This document shows, one piece after another, positions 1-10,274 of a stretch of 64,000 nt of DNA. The notes under the pieces were generated by a model that ran no database searches, was not told where the DNA came from, and saw only the letters and a list, made by a program, of their open reading frames with translations. The stretch's first letter is position 1. Every line of letters begins with the position of its first letter. Both the position numbers and the translations under genes were made by a program. The DNA is taken from the NCBI GenBank assembly GCA_009861545.1, contig VXME01000025.1:2346-66345 (forward strand). Reading direction: 5' to 3'. The stretch comes from Acidobacteriota bacterium. Lineage in GTDB: Bacteria > Acidobacteriota > Vicinamibacteria > Vicinamibacterales > UBA8438.

Positions 1-942
1 GACCAGCCGGTGCGGGATGCCCCGGTCCACCAGCCAGACGTTGCCGTCGGCGTCGAAGCGCGGATCCTGCCCGTAGCGCCCGACCCGGTCGCGCGCCCAC
101 GGCTCGGCGTTGACGCCCTCGTCCGGCCCGTCCTTGGCGAGGTAGTACTCGATGTACATCGCCTTGCCGAGGGCCTCCTCGTCGACCGGCGTCTGCTGCT
201 CGATGGCCACGCGCCGGCGCTTGCTGTCCGGCCCGAAGTTCTTCACGACGTAGGCGAGCAGGTCGTCGCGGTCCTGCCGGCCGAAGCGGAACATCGACGC
301 GCGGAACGACAGCAGCCCCTGCCCGTAGCGCGTGGGATCCTGCTCCCCGAGCGTGCTGCCGACCATGTGGTCGATCCAGGACATCCATTGCCGCTCGGTG
401 CCCGGCCGCGTGGGGAAGAAGTTCTCGCCGTGGCACGCCATGCAGACCTGCTCGGCGACCTCCTTGCCGGGGCCCGGCGGGTAAATCTCGTCGTAGCTCG
501 CGTACTCGAAGGCCCCGGCCCGGCCGCTCTCCATCGCCGTCCGGCCGGCGGGGATGACGAGCGGGGGCGCGTCGCCCTCGAGCGGGCCCAGCGTCAGATC
601 GATCTCCCCCGCGTCGCCGGCGCCCAGCGTCAGGGTCTGAACGTCCGACTCGAGGTGCTTCGTGCTGGCGCTCACCTCGTAGGCGCCCGGGAACAGGGCG
701 ACGGCCCGGTAGCGCCCCTGGTTGGTGTAGACCATGTACACCATGTCCCGGTCGAGGTTGCGCAGGTAGACCTGCGCCGCCGTGAACGACTCGGAAGCGG
801 TCACCGTCCCTGACAGAGTAGCCGTTCCAGGCACCTCCGCCTGCAGGCCGACCCCGGTCAGGACCAGGACCGCCGCGCACGCGGCCGCGGCCAGCAGCCG
901 GGCAGGGTGTCGGTTCGCGCCGCGCATTCTCGAAAGCATCAT
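1..942 (-). CDS. exported cytochrome c domain protein (carboxypeptidase-regulatory-like N-terminal region, CxxCH haem motif); C-terminus lies beyond window start
   Basis: Own minus-strand translation from ATG at 942-940, with AAGGAGAG just upstream: MMLSRMRGANRHPARLLAAAACAAVLVL... It has a signal-like N-terminus and 'EQVCMACHGENFF' (CxxCH). The frame stays open to position 1, so it is missing from the ORF track. The + ORF 10..813 is its antisense shadow. Confidence 0.7.
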   Translation of the reverse strand, partial: MMLSRMRGANRHPARLLAAAACAAVLVLTGVGLQAEVPGTATLSGTVTASESFTAAQVYLRNLDRDMVYMVYTNQGRYRAVALFPGAYEVSASTKHLESDVQTLTLGAGDAGEIDLTLGPLEGDAPPLVIPAGRTAMESGRAGAFEYASYDEIYPPGPGKEVAEQVCMACHGENFFPTRPGTERQWMSWIDHMVGSTLGEQDPTRYGQGLLSFRASMFRFGRQDRDDLLAYVVKNFGPDSKRRRVAIEQQTPVDEEALGKAMYIEYYLAKDGPDEGVNAEPWARDRVGRYGQDPRFDADGNVWLVDRGIPHRLV

Positions 943-1241
943 CGTCTCTCCTTGGACGTCCGCGCGCCGGACATCTGTTCCCTGGACGTTCGATGGGATG
1001 TGTGAGACAGAGAATGCGCCCGGCGGCAGGTCAAGTCAAGTCGCGCGCGCCCGCGCCGACCCGTGTCGACAACCGGAGACAGCGCCTGCCGACGACGCGC
1101 AGAGCCCGGACCTCGCCTCCCCGCGTGCGGATCCCGCCCGGCGGGTCATGACGCCGGAATAGAATCAGGTTTCCACGGCGACCCCTCGGCGCCGCGGCGC
1201 CCGCAACGCCGGCGGTCGCCCAGACGAAGGAGATCGACAGC

Positions 1242-2084
1242 GTGAGGCCCGCGAGCCTGCTCGTCGTTTCGCTGTCGGCGCTCGCTCTCATCCAGTGCGC
1301 GGCCGCCGTCGATACGGTACAGCGGCCTGACGTCGCGCCGGCCGACATCGCCGAGTTCGGTATCGCCCAGCTTCGTCTCGCCGCCCAGGAGGGAGACGCA
1401 CGGGCGCAAGTCGAGCTTGGCGCCCGGTACGAGAACGGTCGCGGCGTGGAACAGGACTACCGTTCCGCGGTGGTGTGGTTCCGGCGCGCGGCCGAGCAGG
1501 GCCACGCGCCCGGCCAGGCGGCCCTGGGTTTCCTCTACAGCACCGGCCGCGGCGTGGAGCGGAACGATGCGGTCGCGACGTCGTGGCACCGCCGGGCAGC
1601 CGAGCAGGGGAACGCCCGCGCGCAGAACAACCTCGGCACCCAGTACCGGAACGGCCACGGGGTGGCGCGCGACGACGAGGAGGCGGTCCGCTGGTTCCGG
1701 CAGGCGGCCGAGCAGCAGAACGGCTTCGCGCAGAACAACCTCGGCGAGATGTACCGGGACGGCCTCGGGGTGGCGCAGGACGACGCCGAGGCGGTGCGCT
1801 GGTTCCGGCGGGCGGCCGAGCAGGGGCACGACTTCGCGCAGGTCAACCTCGGCTTCATGCACGACCGCGGTCGGGGCGTGCCGCAGGACGACACCGAAGC
1901 GCTCGGGTGGTATCGCCGCGCCGCCGAGCAGGGTCACGTGCAGGCGCAGTTCAACCTGGGCGTCATGTACCTGGAAGGCCGCGGCGTGCCCCGGGATTTC
2001 GTGGAGGCGGCGCGCTGGTATCGTCTGGCCGCCGCACAGGGCCACGCCGAAGCACAGCAGTTGGTCGGCGACGACGGCCGCTGA
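1242..2084 (+). CDS. Sel1 (SLR/TPR-like) repeat protein with signal peptide
   Basis: Contains about 6 tandem copies of the Sel1 pattern 'AQxxLGxxYxxGxGVxxDxxEAxxWxRxAAEQGxxxAQ'. The N-terminus is hydrophobic (SLLVVSLSALALIQCAAA). Confidence 0.9.
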   Translation: MRPASLLVVSLSALALIQCAAAVDTVQRPDVAPADIAEFGIAQLRLAAQEGDARAQVELGARYENGRGVEQDYRSAVVWFRRAAEQGHAPGQAALGFLYSTGRGVERNDAVATSWHRRAAEQGNARAQNNLGTQYRNGHGVARDDEEAVRWFRQAAEQQNGFAQNNLGEMYRDGLGVAQDDAEAVRWFRRAAEQGHDFAQVNLGFMHDRGRGVPQDDTEALGWYRRAAEQGHVQAQFNLGVMYLEGRGVPRDFVEAARWYRLAAAQGHAEAQQLVGDDGR

Positions 2085-2161
2085 AAGCTGGAAACGGCCA
2101 ACGCTCTTACCGCGGTTCGAAGTGTCGCTCGGGAAGCCTCCTCACGCCCGCGGGTCCGGGA

Positions 2162-3247
2162 TCACGCGCCGGTCTTCGGCGCATCGAACAGCGTGGTCAC
2201 ACCGACGAGCCGGGCCGCGACGGTCGACAGGCCCAGCCGGTGATCGGCCGGATCGATCCAGCGTCCCACGCCGTCGCGCACTGCCGCCGGCCGCGCCCGC
2301 AGACGTACGTAGACCGGCTCGACGTCGAGGTCGAAGTGAGTGAACCCGTGCCGGAAGACGCCGGCCTGCTGGACCTGATCCACCAGGTCCGCCGCGATGC
2401 CGGCCTGCTCGAGGAACCGGCTCACGGACTCGCCGGCGTCACGCTCCGGCGGCGACCACAGGCCGCCCCAGATGCCGTCCGGCGGCCGCCGCTCCACCAG
2501 GCAGGCGCCCTCCGGATCGACGACCACGAAGAAACGGCTGCGCTCCAGACGGCGCTTCCGGCGCGGCGGCTTCTCCGGGTAGCCCTCGGGATTGCCCGCC
2601 GCATGCGCCTGGCAGTCCGCGCGAACGGGGCAATCGGCGCAACGCGGCCGGGTCCGGCGGCACACCGTGGCGCCCAGATCCATGATGGCCTGGGTGTAGT
2701 CCGCCACGCGTTCGTCAGGCGTGTGGGATTCGGCCAGCCGCCACAGCTCGTCGAGGGTTCCGGCCGACGACACCGCCCCGGCGACCCGGTGCCGGCGCGC
2801 CAGCACCCGCTTGACGTTGGCGTCCAGGATCGCCGCCCGCCGGCCGTGGCTCTGGGCGGCGATCGCCGCCGCGGTGGAGCGGCCGATCCCCGGCAGCCGC
2901 TGGATTCGCTCCAGTTCGTGGGGAAAGACCCCGCCGTGCTCCCGCACGACGACGCCGGCCGCCCGGTGCAGATTGCGCGCCCGCGCGTAGTACCCCAGGC
3001 CGCTCCACAGGTGCAGCACCTCGTCGAGATCGGCGTGCGCCAGGCTCGCCAGGTCCGGGAACCGCGCAAGGAACCGTTCGAAGTAGGGGACGACCGTGCT
3101 CACCTGGGTCTGCTGCAGCATGATCTCCGCCACCCAGACCCGGTACGGCGTGCGCTCGTATTGCCAGGGGAGGTTCTTGCGGCCTTGGACGTCCCACCAG
3201 GCGAGGAGGCGATGGGAGAAACCCGCCGCCGACCGCTCATCAGCCAC
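2162..3247 (-). CDS. mutY: A/G-specific adenine DNA glycosylase
   Basis: 'LLAWWDVQGRKNLPWQ..TPYRVWVAEIMLQQTQV' matches the HhH-GPD family. 'PGIGRSTAAAI' is the hairpin, the Cys cluster is 'CRRTRPRCADCPVRADC', and a NUDIX-like C-terminus follows. Confidence 0.9.
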   Translation of the reverse strand: MADERSAAGFSHRLLAWWDVQGRKNLPWQYERTPYRVWVAEIMLQQTQVSTVVPYFERFLARFPDLASLAHADLDEVLHLWSGLGYYARARNLHRAAGVVVREHGGVFPHELERIQRLPGIGRSTAAAIAAQSHGRRAAILDANVKRVLARRHRVAGAVSSAGTLDELWRLAESHTPDERVADYTQAIMDLGATVCRRTRPRCADCPVRADCQAHAAGNPEGYPEKPPRRKRRLERSRFFVVVDPEGACLVERRPPDGIWGGLWSPPERDAGESVSRFLEQAGIAADLVDQVQQAGVFRHGFTHFDLDVEPVYVRLRARPAAVRDGVGRWIDPADHRLGLSTVAARLVGVTTLFDAPKTGA

Positions 3248-3348
3248 GTTTCTTCATCAGCGGCGCGCCATGCGAGGCCAACCGCACGCCGGTCGCCGGA
3301 CCCCGATGGTTCGCCTTCCTTCTCGCCGGCCGCTTCCGTGCCGCAGCC

Positions 3349-4254
3349 TCAGGCGGACCGGGGGTCGATCCGGACCTCCTGCCCCATCCGCTCCTCGTAG
3401 ACCTTGACCATCGCGCTCTTCGGCTCGTCGCCGAACCCCATCTCGATGGCCGCGCGGTAGGCCTTCACCATCGCCTCGACGAGCGGCAGCGAGGCGTCCA
3501 GATGCGACGCCGCCTCCTGGATGTTCACGATGTCCTTGTAGGCGGCCCGCAGCGAGAAGTCGCCGTCGAAGCGGCGCTTCATGATGCGGGGCACGAAGTG
3601 CTCGCTGGCGAAGCTGCGGGAGTTGCCCGTGGTGAGGACCTCGGCAACCTGGGCCGGTTGCAGTCCTGCTTTCACGGCGAAGGGCAGGACCTCGCAGAAC
3701 GCGGCGATGTTGACGTCGTAGACGATGTTGTTGACCGCCTTCATGAGCTGGCCCATGCCGACGTCGCCGCAGTGGACGACGAACTCCCCCATGACGTCGA
3801 GGTACGGCTTCGACCGCGCGAACAGATCGTCGCTGCCGCCGAACATCATGGTCAGCGTCCCCTGCTCGGCCCGCAGGGGCATCCCGGAGACCGGACAGTC
3901 GGCGTAGGACAGCCCCGCGTCCCGAGCCCGCTCGGCCAGCCGCCGCGCCGCCCGGTGGTTCATGGTCGTGGTGTCGACGACGGCCGGGGTCTTTCCGCCC
4001 CGGGCTACTCCACGCTCGCCGAACAGAACCTCGCCCGCTTCCTTGTCGGACGGCACGCACAGAAAGATCAGCTCGGCGCTCGCGGCCAGCGCCGCCGGAT
4101 CCGCGGCCACGGAGGCGCCGTCTTCGGAGAGCGATCGCGCCGCCTCCGGAAGCACGTCCCAGACGACGAGCGGAACCCCCGCCTTCAGCAGGTTCCGGGA
4201 CATGCCCGAACCCATGCGGCCGAGCCCGATGAATCCGACGGTGCGTTCGTCCAT
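3349..4254 (-). CDS. NAD(P)-dependent oxidoreductase, 3-hydroxyisobutyrate dehydrogenase-like
   Basis: Start moved to 'MDERTVGFIGLGRMGSGMSRNL' (GxGxxG Rossmann N-terminus). The longer track ORF (to 4455) would overlap ppk2. Confidence 0.85.
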   Translation of the reverse strand: MDERTVGFIGLGRMGSGMSRNLLKAGVPLVVWDVLPEAARSLSEDGASVAADPAALAASAELIFLCVPSDKEAGEVLFGERGVARGGKTPAVVDTTTMNHRAARRLAERARDAGLSYADCPVSGMPLRAEQGTLTMMFGGSDDLFARSKPYLDVMGEFVVHCGDVGMGQLMKAVNNIVYDVNIAAFCEVLPFAVKAGLQPAQVAEVLTTGNSRSFASEHFVPRIMKRRFDGDFSLRAAYKDIVNIQEAASHLDASLPLVEAMVKAYRAAIEMGFGDEPKSAMVKVYEERMGQEVRIDPRSA

Positions 4255-4280
4255 GCGCGCGCAGCATAACACCGCGCGGC

Positions 4281-5258
4281 CTACCTGCCGGCGGCGGGAT
4301 CGGCGGCCCCGATCATGTCGGCGCTGGCGACGATCAGCGGGTCGGCCCGGCCCACGACGCGGGCGTCCTTGTTCGTATAGGGCAGCGCCGCCAGGAAGTG
4401 CCGCATGCAGTTCAGCCGCGCGCGCTTCTTGTCGTCGGACTTCACTATCGTCCACGGCGCGTCGGCGGTATCCGTATAGAAGAACATCGCCTCCTTGGCG
4501 GCGGTGTATTCATCCCACTTGTCGAACGACTGCCGATCGATCGGCGACAGCTTCCAGTGCTTCAGCACGTCCTTCTCTCGCGCCTCGAACCGGCGCCGCT
4601 GTTCCTCGCGGGTGACGGAGAACCAGTACTTGAACAGCCTGATCCCGCTGCGCACGAGCATGCGCTCCAACTCGGGCGCCTGGCGCATGAACTCCAGGTA
4701 GTCCTTGGGACCGCAGAACCCCATCACGCGCTCGACGCCGGCGCGGTTGTACCACGAGCGGTCGAACAGCACGATCTCGCCGCCGTGCGGCAGGTGGCGG
4801 ACGTAGCGCTGAAAGAACCACTCGGTCTGCTCGCTCTCGGTGGGCTTTTCGAGCGCCACCACCCGGGCGCCGCGCGGATTGAGATGCTCGGTGAACCGCT
4901 TGATGGTCCCGCCCTTGCCGGCGGCGTCCCGGCCCTCGAACAGGATGACGACCTTCCCGTTCGTGGCCTTCACCCAGTCCTGAACCTTGAGCAGCTCGAC
5001 CTGCAGCGCCGCCTTCTCCCGCTCGTAGGGCTTGCGGGCGAGCTTCTTTCCGTAGGGGTACTCTCCGGTCTCGAAGAGCCGGCGGATGACGTCGCGGTCG
5101 CGCTCGACCGGGGCGGCGGAGCCCCCCTTTCCCGCGCCGTCCTCCACGAGACCATCGTCCATTCGCGGCGCATCCACCGCCGGCCCGCCGCTGTCTCCCG
5201 CCTTCTTCATTGCCTTGTCCCGCGAAACCCTCATTCGAGGCATGCCCAGCGGTGTCAC
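4281..5258 (-). CDS. ppk2: polyphosphate kinase 2
   Basis: 'VVILFEGRDAAGKGGTIKR' is the Walker A-like PPK2 motif and 'FDRSWYNRAGVE' is also present. The start is uncertain, with alternative ATGs at 5234 and 5210. Confidence 0.9.
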   Translation of the reverse strand: MTPLGMPRMRVSRDKAMKKAGDSGGPAVDAPRMDDGLVEDGAGKGGSAAPVERDRDVIRRLFETGEYPYGKKLARKPYEREKAALQVELLKVQDWVKATNGKVVILFEGRDAAGKGGTIKRFTEHLNPRGARVVALEKPTESEQTEWFFQRYVRHLPHGGEIVLFDRSWYNRAGVERVMGFCGPKDYLEFMRQAPELERMLVRSGIRLFKYWFSVTREEQRRRFEAREKDVLKHWKLSPIDRQSFDKWDEYTAAKEAMFFYTDTADAPWTIVKSDDKKRARLNCMRHFLAALPYTNKDARVVGRADPLIVASADMIGAADPAAGR

Positions 5259-5291
5259 CGCTTCAACCGGATTCGGACAGATCGGACCGCC

Positions 5292-5918
5292 TCAGAAACC
5301 CGCCTTCCAGATGGCTGCAACGTCGAGCACGAACCCCGGTAGCACGGACTCGCCGGTAAGGACGCCCGATCCGGTGCGCTGCTCCGCGACGCCATCGGCG
5401 CGGTAGATGGCGACCTGCCGCCGACCCGGATCGACGAGCCAGCCCAGGCGGGCGCCGTTGTCCCGGTATTCCTCCATCTTTCGCCGGACCACGGCGCGGG
5501 AATCCGACGGCGAGAGCAATTCGATGACGAAGTCCGGACACAGCGGCAGGAATCCCTGCTTGTCCTCGGCCGGAAGCCGCTCCAGTCGGGCGCGCGCAAC
5601 CCAGGCCGCATCCGGCGACCGCACGGCGCCGTTGGGAAGCTCGAAACCGGTCGAGGAATCGAAGGCCACACCGCTCCCGTCGTCCTCGGCCCAACGAAAG
5701 ACGGCGGCGAACAAGCGGCCGCTACGCGCCCCCGTTTCCCCGCCCGTGGGCGCCATGACCGCGATGCTCCCTTCCGCGTTGCGCTCGATGCGCACGTCCC
5801 GATTCAGTTGGCAGAACCGCAGGAACTGCTCGCGGTTCATGTCGATGACCGGTTGCACGTGCAATTCCAACGCCAAACTTTGCGCACGAAACCGCGGGGA
5901 GCCTACCACCATGACCAC
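5292..5918 (-). CDS. Uma2 family (DUF820) putative endonuclease
   Basis: 'RIERNAEGSIAVMAPTGGETG...PDAAWV...PDFVIELLSPSD' is the typical Uma2 PD-(D/E)xK-like layout. Confidence 0.8.
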   Translation of the reverse strand: MVMVVGSPRFRAQSLALELHVQPVIDMNREQFLRFCQLNRDVRIERNAEGSIAVMAPTGGETGARSGRLFAAVFRWAEDDGSGVAFDSSTGFELPNGAVRSPDAAWVARARLERLPAEDKQGFLPLCPDFVIELLSPSDSRAVVRRKMEEYRDNGARLGWLVDPGRRQVAIYRADGVAEQRTGSGVLTGESVLPGFVLDVAAIWKAGF

Positions 5919-6089
5919 AGGCTAGGAGATTGTGCTGTAGAACGCAACGGAGCGACTTCATACAGCTCAAGCGCCCGGCGCATGCGTTCCGCGCAATCAA
6001 CGGCGGCTCGGTCGAGCTTGCGCCCGAACCCGTCGGAGGCCATCATGGGCCTGCGTCTACAGAAGACGGGTACGCACGAGGAGGACGAG

Positions 6090-7094
6090 ATGAGCCGAAG
6101 GTGTCTCGCGGCGGTATCGATCGTGGCTGCGATCATGGCGCTGACGCCCGCGTTTGCCGCGGCTCAGGATGCCGCGGAGGCTTCGCTCCGGACCGGCTGG
6201 GGCGACCCGGCCCTGCACGGCATCTGGGATTTCCGCTCCATCACACCCCTGCAGCGGCCCGAGCAGTACGCGGGCCGGGAGTTCCTGACGGCGGAAGAAG
6301 CGGCAGGCCTCGAGCAGGCGACCGTCGACCGCGAGCTGGAGTTGCTGCTGCGGCCGGCCCGGCGTACGCGGGCGGGCGCCAGCGTGGACCGCGGAGAGGA
6401 CGGCGCGCTCGGCGCCTACAACGACCTCTGGCTGGACCGGGGAACGACGACCCAGAACTCGCGGCGCACGTCGCTCATCGTGGACCCGCCGAACGGGCGC
6501 ATGCCGCCGTTGACCGCCGAGGCCCAGCGCAGGCGCGAGGAACGGGCCGCCTACCGGCGCGAGCACCCCGCCGATTCGTGGGAGGATCGGGGCCTGAACG
6601 ACCGGTGCATGTTCACCACCGGGCTGCCGATGGTCCCGAGCGCCTACAACAACAACGTGCACGTGTTCCAGACGCCCGACCACATCGCGATGCTCGTCGA
6701 GATGACCCATACCGTGCGCATCGTCCCGCTGGACGGACGCCCCCGCGGCGAGCAACCGATCCGGCAATTCGTGGGCGAGTCGCGCGGCCACTGGGAGGGC
6801 GACACCCTGGTCGTCGAAACGATGCACTTCAACCGTCTCGTCGGCCTGCGGGGCTCGACCCCGAACGCGCGCCTGGTCGAACGATTCAAGCGGGTTGGCC
6901 CGGACGTCATCGAGTACGAGTTCACCATCGAGGACCCGGCCACTTGGACGAGCCCGTGGGCGGCGCTGGTGGAGCTGCAGCGGACCGACGAGCCGCTCTA
7001 CGAGTACGCTTGCCACGAAGGGAACTACTCGATGGAGGGCATCCTGGCCGGTGCGCGGGCCGATGAGCGGAAGGCGGCAGCGCAGGCGAGATGA
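6090..7094 (+). CDS. exported hypothetical protein
   Basis: Start moved to 'MSRRCLAAVSIVAAIMALTPAFAAAQD' (signal peptide). The remainder has coding-like composition but no family I can name. Confidence 0.6.
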   Translation: MSRRCLAAVSIVAAIMALTPAFAAAQDAAEASLRTGWGDPALHGIWDFRSITPLQRPEQYAGREFLTAEEAAGLEQATVDRELELLLRPARRTRAGASVDRGEDGALGAYNDLWLDRGTTTQNSRRTSLIVDPPNGRMPPLTAEAQRRREERAAYRREHPADSWEDRGLNDRCMFTTGLPMVPSAYNNNVHVFQTPDHIAMLVEMTHTVRIVPLDGRPRGEQPIRQFVGESRGHWEGDTLVVETMHFNRLVGLRGSTPNARLVERFKRVGPDVIEYEFTIEDPATWTSPWAALVELQRTDEPLYEYACHEGNYSMEGILAGARADERKAAAQAR

Positions 7095-7161
7095 CCGAAC
7101 GGGCCGATAGAGAACGCGAGACGCCGTTCCAGGCCCTGAATGAATAACGGAGGAGAGCCCC

Positions 7162-8280
7162 ATGACGAGACGCACCGTTTGGATGATGACGATACTGCTG
7201 CCGCTGCTGATGGCGGCGTGTGGCGACGACCAGCCGCAGGTGACGGGAACCGCCCACGTGCTGCGGGTGCTCGAATCGCTCGAGAGCCAGCAGGAAACCG
7301 TGATCGACCGGCTCACGGCGCTCGAGGAGAGCGTCGGAGCGCTGGAGGAGGGCGGCGGGGCGGACGCCGCGCCCGCGGGCGGCGGGGCGACGGGCGCCGA
7401 GGTGACGGTGGCGACCACGGTGGCCTTCACGGAGGGTCCGACGGTGGCCGAGGACGGCACCCTGTACTTCACGGACCTGGGCAACAACCGCATCATGCGG
7501 CTGTCGACCGACGGTGAGCTTTCCACCTTCCGCCAGCCGAGCAACGACGCCAACGGCCTGATCTTCGACAGCGAGTGGCGTCTGGTGGCCTGCGAGGGGG
7601 GCGACGGCGAGACGGGCTTGCCCCGCGTCACCCGCACCGACATGGAGACGGGCGAGATCGAGGTGCTGGCCGACGCCTACGAGGGCCGGGAGCTGCATCG
7701 GCCCAACGACCTGACCATCGACGGCCAGGGCCGCATCTACTTCACCGACCGGCCCGGCCCGAGCCCGACGCCGGAACAGACCGGGGTGCATAGCGTCTAC
7801 CGCATCGACCCGGACGGATCGATCGAGCGCATCCTCACCGAGCCCGAGGTCCTGCGCCCCAACGGCATCGTGATCTCGCCCGACGACGCCACGCTGTACG
7901 TCATCGAGATCGATCGGGCCGAGGGCGGGCCGCGGATGGTCCGCGCGTTCGACCTCAGTCCGGAGGGAACGGCCGGCAACATGCGGGTGCTCTACGACTT
8001 CTATCCGGGACGGAGCGGGGACGGCATGACCATCGACAGCCAGGGCAACCTGTACGTGGCCGCGGGGCTGAACCGGCCGCGCGGGACCACCGAGACGCTC
8101 GACACGGTCGCCGGCGTCCACGTCATCTCGCCGGCCGGCGAGCTGATCCGGCACATCCCGATCCCGGAGGACACGATCACGAACGCGGCGTTCGGCGGAC
8201 CGGATCTGCGGACCCTGTACGTGACGGCCGGCAAGACGGTGTTCAGTGTGCGCACCGACATCGAGGGGACGAGACGATGA
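7162..8280 (+). CDS. SMP-30/gluconolactonase/LRE family lipoprotein
   Basis: Lipobox 'LLMAAC'; 'FTEGPTVAEDGTLYFTDLGNNRIMRL' and 'PNGIVISPDDATLYV' are propeller repeats; SD GGAGGAG lies upstream. Confidence 0.85.
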   Translation: MTRRTVWMMTILLPLLMAACGDDQPQVTGTAHVLRVLESLESQQETVIDRLTALEESVGALEEGGGADAAPAGGGATGAEVTVATTVAFTEGPTVAEDGTLYFTDLGNNRIMRLSTDGELSTFRQPSNDANGLIFDSEWRLVACEGGDGETGLPRVTRTDMETGEIEVLADAYEGRELHRPNDLTIDGQGRIYFTDRPGPSPTPEQTGVHSVYRIDPDGSIERILTEPEVLRPNGIVISPDDATLYVIEIDRAEGGPRMVRAFDLSPEGTAGNMRVLYDFYPGRSGDGMTIDSQGNLYVAAGLNRPRGTTETLDTVAGVHVISPAGELIRHIPIPEDTITNAAFGGPDLRTLYVTAGKTVFSVRTDIEGTRR

Positions 8281-9521
8281 CGCGACAGCACTCGCGAGCG
8301 CGTGACATGGCGCCAGCCGTCGTTACGCAGTCCTACCGCTTCCACGCGCTCCTGCTGCCGGCCGCGTTGGGATCTCGTCGCCTTCACGGGCTCCTGCTCG
8401 TGGCCGGGCTGGCTGTCGGCACGGCGGCCGCGACCGCGTCGGCCCAGTCGGCGGGCGCTCCCGCCACGGCCCCCTCGGTGGCTCCCGCCCCGCTGCATTA
8501 CGCGGAAGTGGTCGAGGAGGCGCGCGCGCTGGTGCGTGCGGATCTGGCCGCCCGCGGCTACCCCGGCATCGCTATCGCCGTGGCGGTCGACGGCGAAACC
8601 GTCTGGTCAGAGGGCTTCGGCTACGCCAACCTGGAGCACCGGGTGCCGATGCAGCCGTCGGTGAAGTTCCGCGTCGGCAGCATCTCGAAGTCGCTGACCG
8701 CGGCGGCGGTGGCGAGGCTGGTCGAGGACGGCCGCCTGGATCCGGACGCACCGGTCCAGGAGTACGTCCCCTCGTTCCCGGAGAAGTCGCACCCCATCTC
8801 GGCGCGGCAGCTCGGCGGCCACCTGGCCGGTATCCGGCACTACCGGGGCAACGAGAACTTCATCCGCGACCCGTACCCGACGGTGCTCGACGGCTTGACC
8901 ATCTTCGCCGACGATCCGCTGCTGCATGAGCCGGGCACGATGTTCGCCTACACCAGCTACGGCTTCAACCTGCTCAGCGCCGTGGTCGAAGGCGCCGCGA
9001 AGAAGCCGTTCCTCGACTATATGCGCGAGGCGGTCTTCCGTCCCCTGGGCCTGCGCGACACGGTCGCCGACTTCGTGGTCCCCATCATCCCCGGGCGGAC
9101 GAGCTACTACGTGCGCGACGACGCCGGCAGCGTGGTGAACGCGCCGTGGGTAGACAACAGCTACAAGTGGGCCGGCGGCGGATTCCTCTCGACGACCGGG
9201 GACGTGCTGGCGTTCGCCAACGCCCACCTCGACGACGACTTCCTGTCCGAGGCGTCCCGGAAGCTGCTGTTCACCGAGCAGAAGACCCGCGACGGCGAAG
9301 GGGTCGGCTACGGCCTCGGCTGGTTCATCCGGACGCGCGAGGACGGGCGGCGCCTGCTGTCCCACTCCGGCGGCTCGGTCGGCGGCACGTCGCTGATGGT
9401 GATGGAGCCCGAGTCGCGCGTGGTCGTGGTCGGCCTGATCAACCTGACCCGCGCGAACAACGGCGTCGTGCGCGAGGTGCTCGATCTGTTCATCGACGCC
9501 GCGGCAGCGACGGTGCACTGA
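8277..9521 (+). CDS. serine hydrolase, beta-lactamase/penicillin-binding (class C-like) family
   Basis: SxxK motif 'GSISKSLTAAAV'. The start overlaps the upstream stop as ATGA. Confidence 0.85.
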   Translation: MTRQHSRARDMAPAVVTQSYRFHALLLPAALGSRRLHGLLLVAGLAVGTAAATASAQSAGAPATAPSVAPAPLHYAEVVEEARALVRADLAARGYPGIAIAVAVDGETVWSEGFGYANLEHRVPMQPSVKFRVGSISKSLTAAAVARLVEDGRLDPDAPVQEYVPSFPEKSHPISARQLGGHLAGIRHYRGNENFIRDPYPTVLDGLTIFADDPLLHEPGTMFAYTSYGFNLLSAVVEGAAKKPFLDYMREAVFRPLGLRDTVADFVVPIIPGRTSYYVRDDAGSVVNAPWVDNSYKWAGGGFLSTTGDVLAFANAHLDDDFLSEASRKLLFTEQKTRDGEGVGYGLGWFIRTREDGRRLLSHSGGSVGGTSLMVMEPESRVVVVGLINLTRANNGVVREVLDLFIDAAAATVH

Positions 9522-9600
9522 GCTTCCCGACGGGGAACGACCGTCAAGTCGAGCGCCGGCGCGGTGACCGATCCCGGTGGTCGCCGAGTACGGATGGCGG

Positions 9601-10218
9601 CTATCCCTCGGCGTCGAACAGAGCTGTCACGTCGACGGCGACGCCGTCCAGCAGCGGCGACGTCGCCACGTCGCCGCGGGCGAACACACCGTGCTCGAAG
9701 TAGGCATTGGCGGTGAGGCCGAGCACGGTGACGGTTTCGGCGCGGGGATCGACGATCCAGTATTCGGGTATGGCGGCCTCGGCGTAGTCGGCGCGCTTGA
9801 CGACGAGATCGCGGGCAGGGTCATCGGGACTGACGATCTCGACCACCAGGTCCGCGCCCAGCCAGAAGCGGTCTCGACGACGGAAATCGGACCGGTCGCG
9901 AAGCAGCAGCAGATCCGGCTCGCGGAACTTCCCCTCGCGCACCCGCATCCGCAATCCCGAGGTCACGACGACGCCGTCGCGGGGCGATTCATGCACGTGG
10001 GCGTAGAGCAGCCGGTAGAGAAAGAGCAGGATGATCTGATGCCTCTCGGTCGGCATGGGGAGTACTTCGACGCGGCCGTCGGTGAACTCGATCAGGCGGC
10101 GTGTGCGGTCCGTGAGCCAGAGGTAGTGCTCGTCGCTCCAGGAGCCCTGGGACGGCATGGCATCGGAGAGGACAGCGTTCAGCGCCTCCTGAGACGTTGC
10201 CGCCACGCTCGTTGCCAT
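9601..10218 (-). CDS. Uma2 family (DUF820) putative endonuclease
   Basis: Start moved to 'MATSVAATSQ'. 'IEFTDGRVEVLPMPTERH...EPDLLLL...ADLVVEIVSPDD...EYWIVDP' matches the family layout. Confidence 0.8.
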   Translation of the reverse strand: MATSVAATSQEALNAVLSDAMPSQGSWSDEHYLWLTDRTRRLIEFTDGRVEVLPMPTERHQIILLFLYRLLYAHVHESPRDGVVVTSGLRMRVREGKFREPDLLLLRDRSDFRRRDRFWLGADLVVEIVSPDDPARDLVVKRADYAEAAIPEYWIVDPRAETVTVLGLTANAYFEHGVFARGDVATSPLLDGVAVDVTALFDAEG

Positions 10219-10274
10219 GCCACAGGCTAGCGCAAGCGCCCTGCGCGATTCAACGGGCGAGTAAACTCCACTGC

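Noticed and set aside
4255-4455. N-terminal extension of the dehydrogenase ORF (track start 4455) overlapping the 3' end of ppk2.
   Set aside because: The Rossmann GxGxxG motif lies immediately after the internal ATG at 4254. The extension is Arg/Pro-rich and overlaps a well-supported gene.
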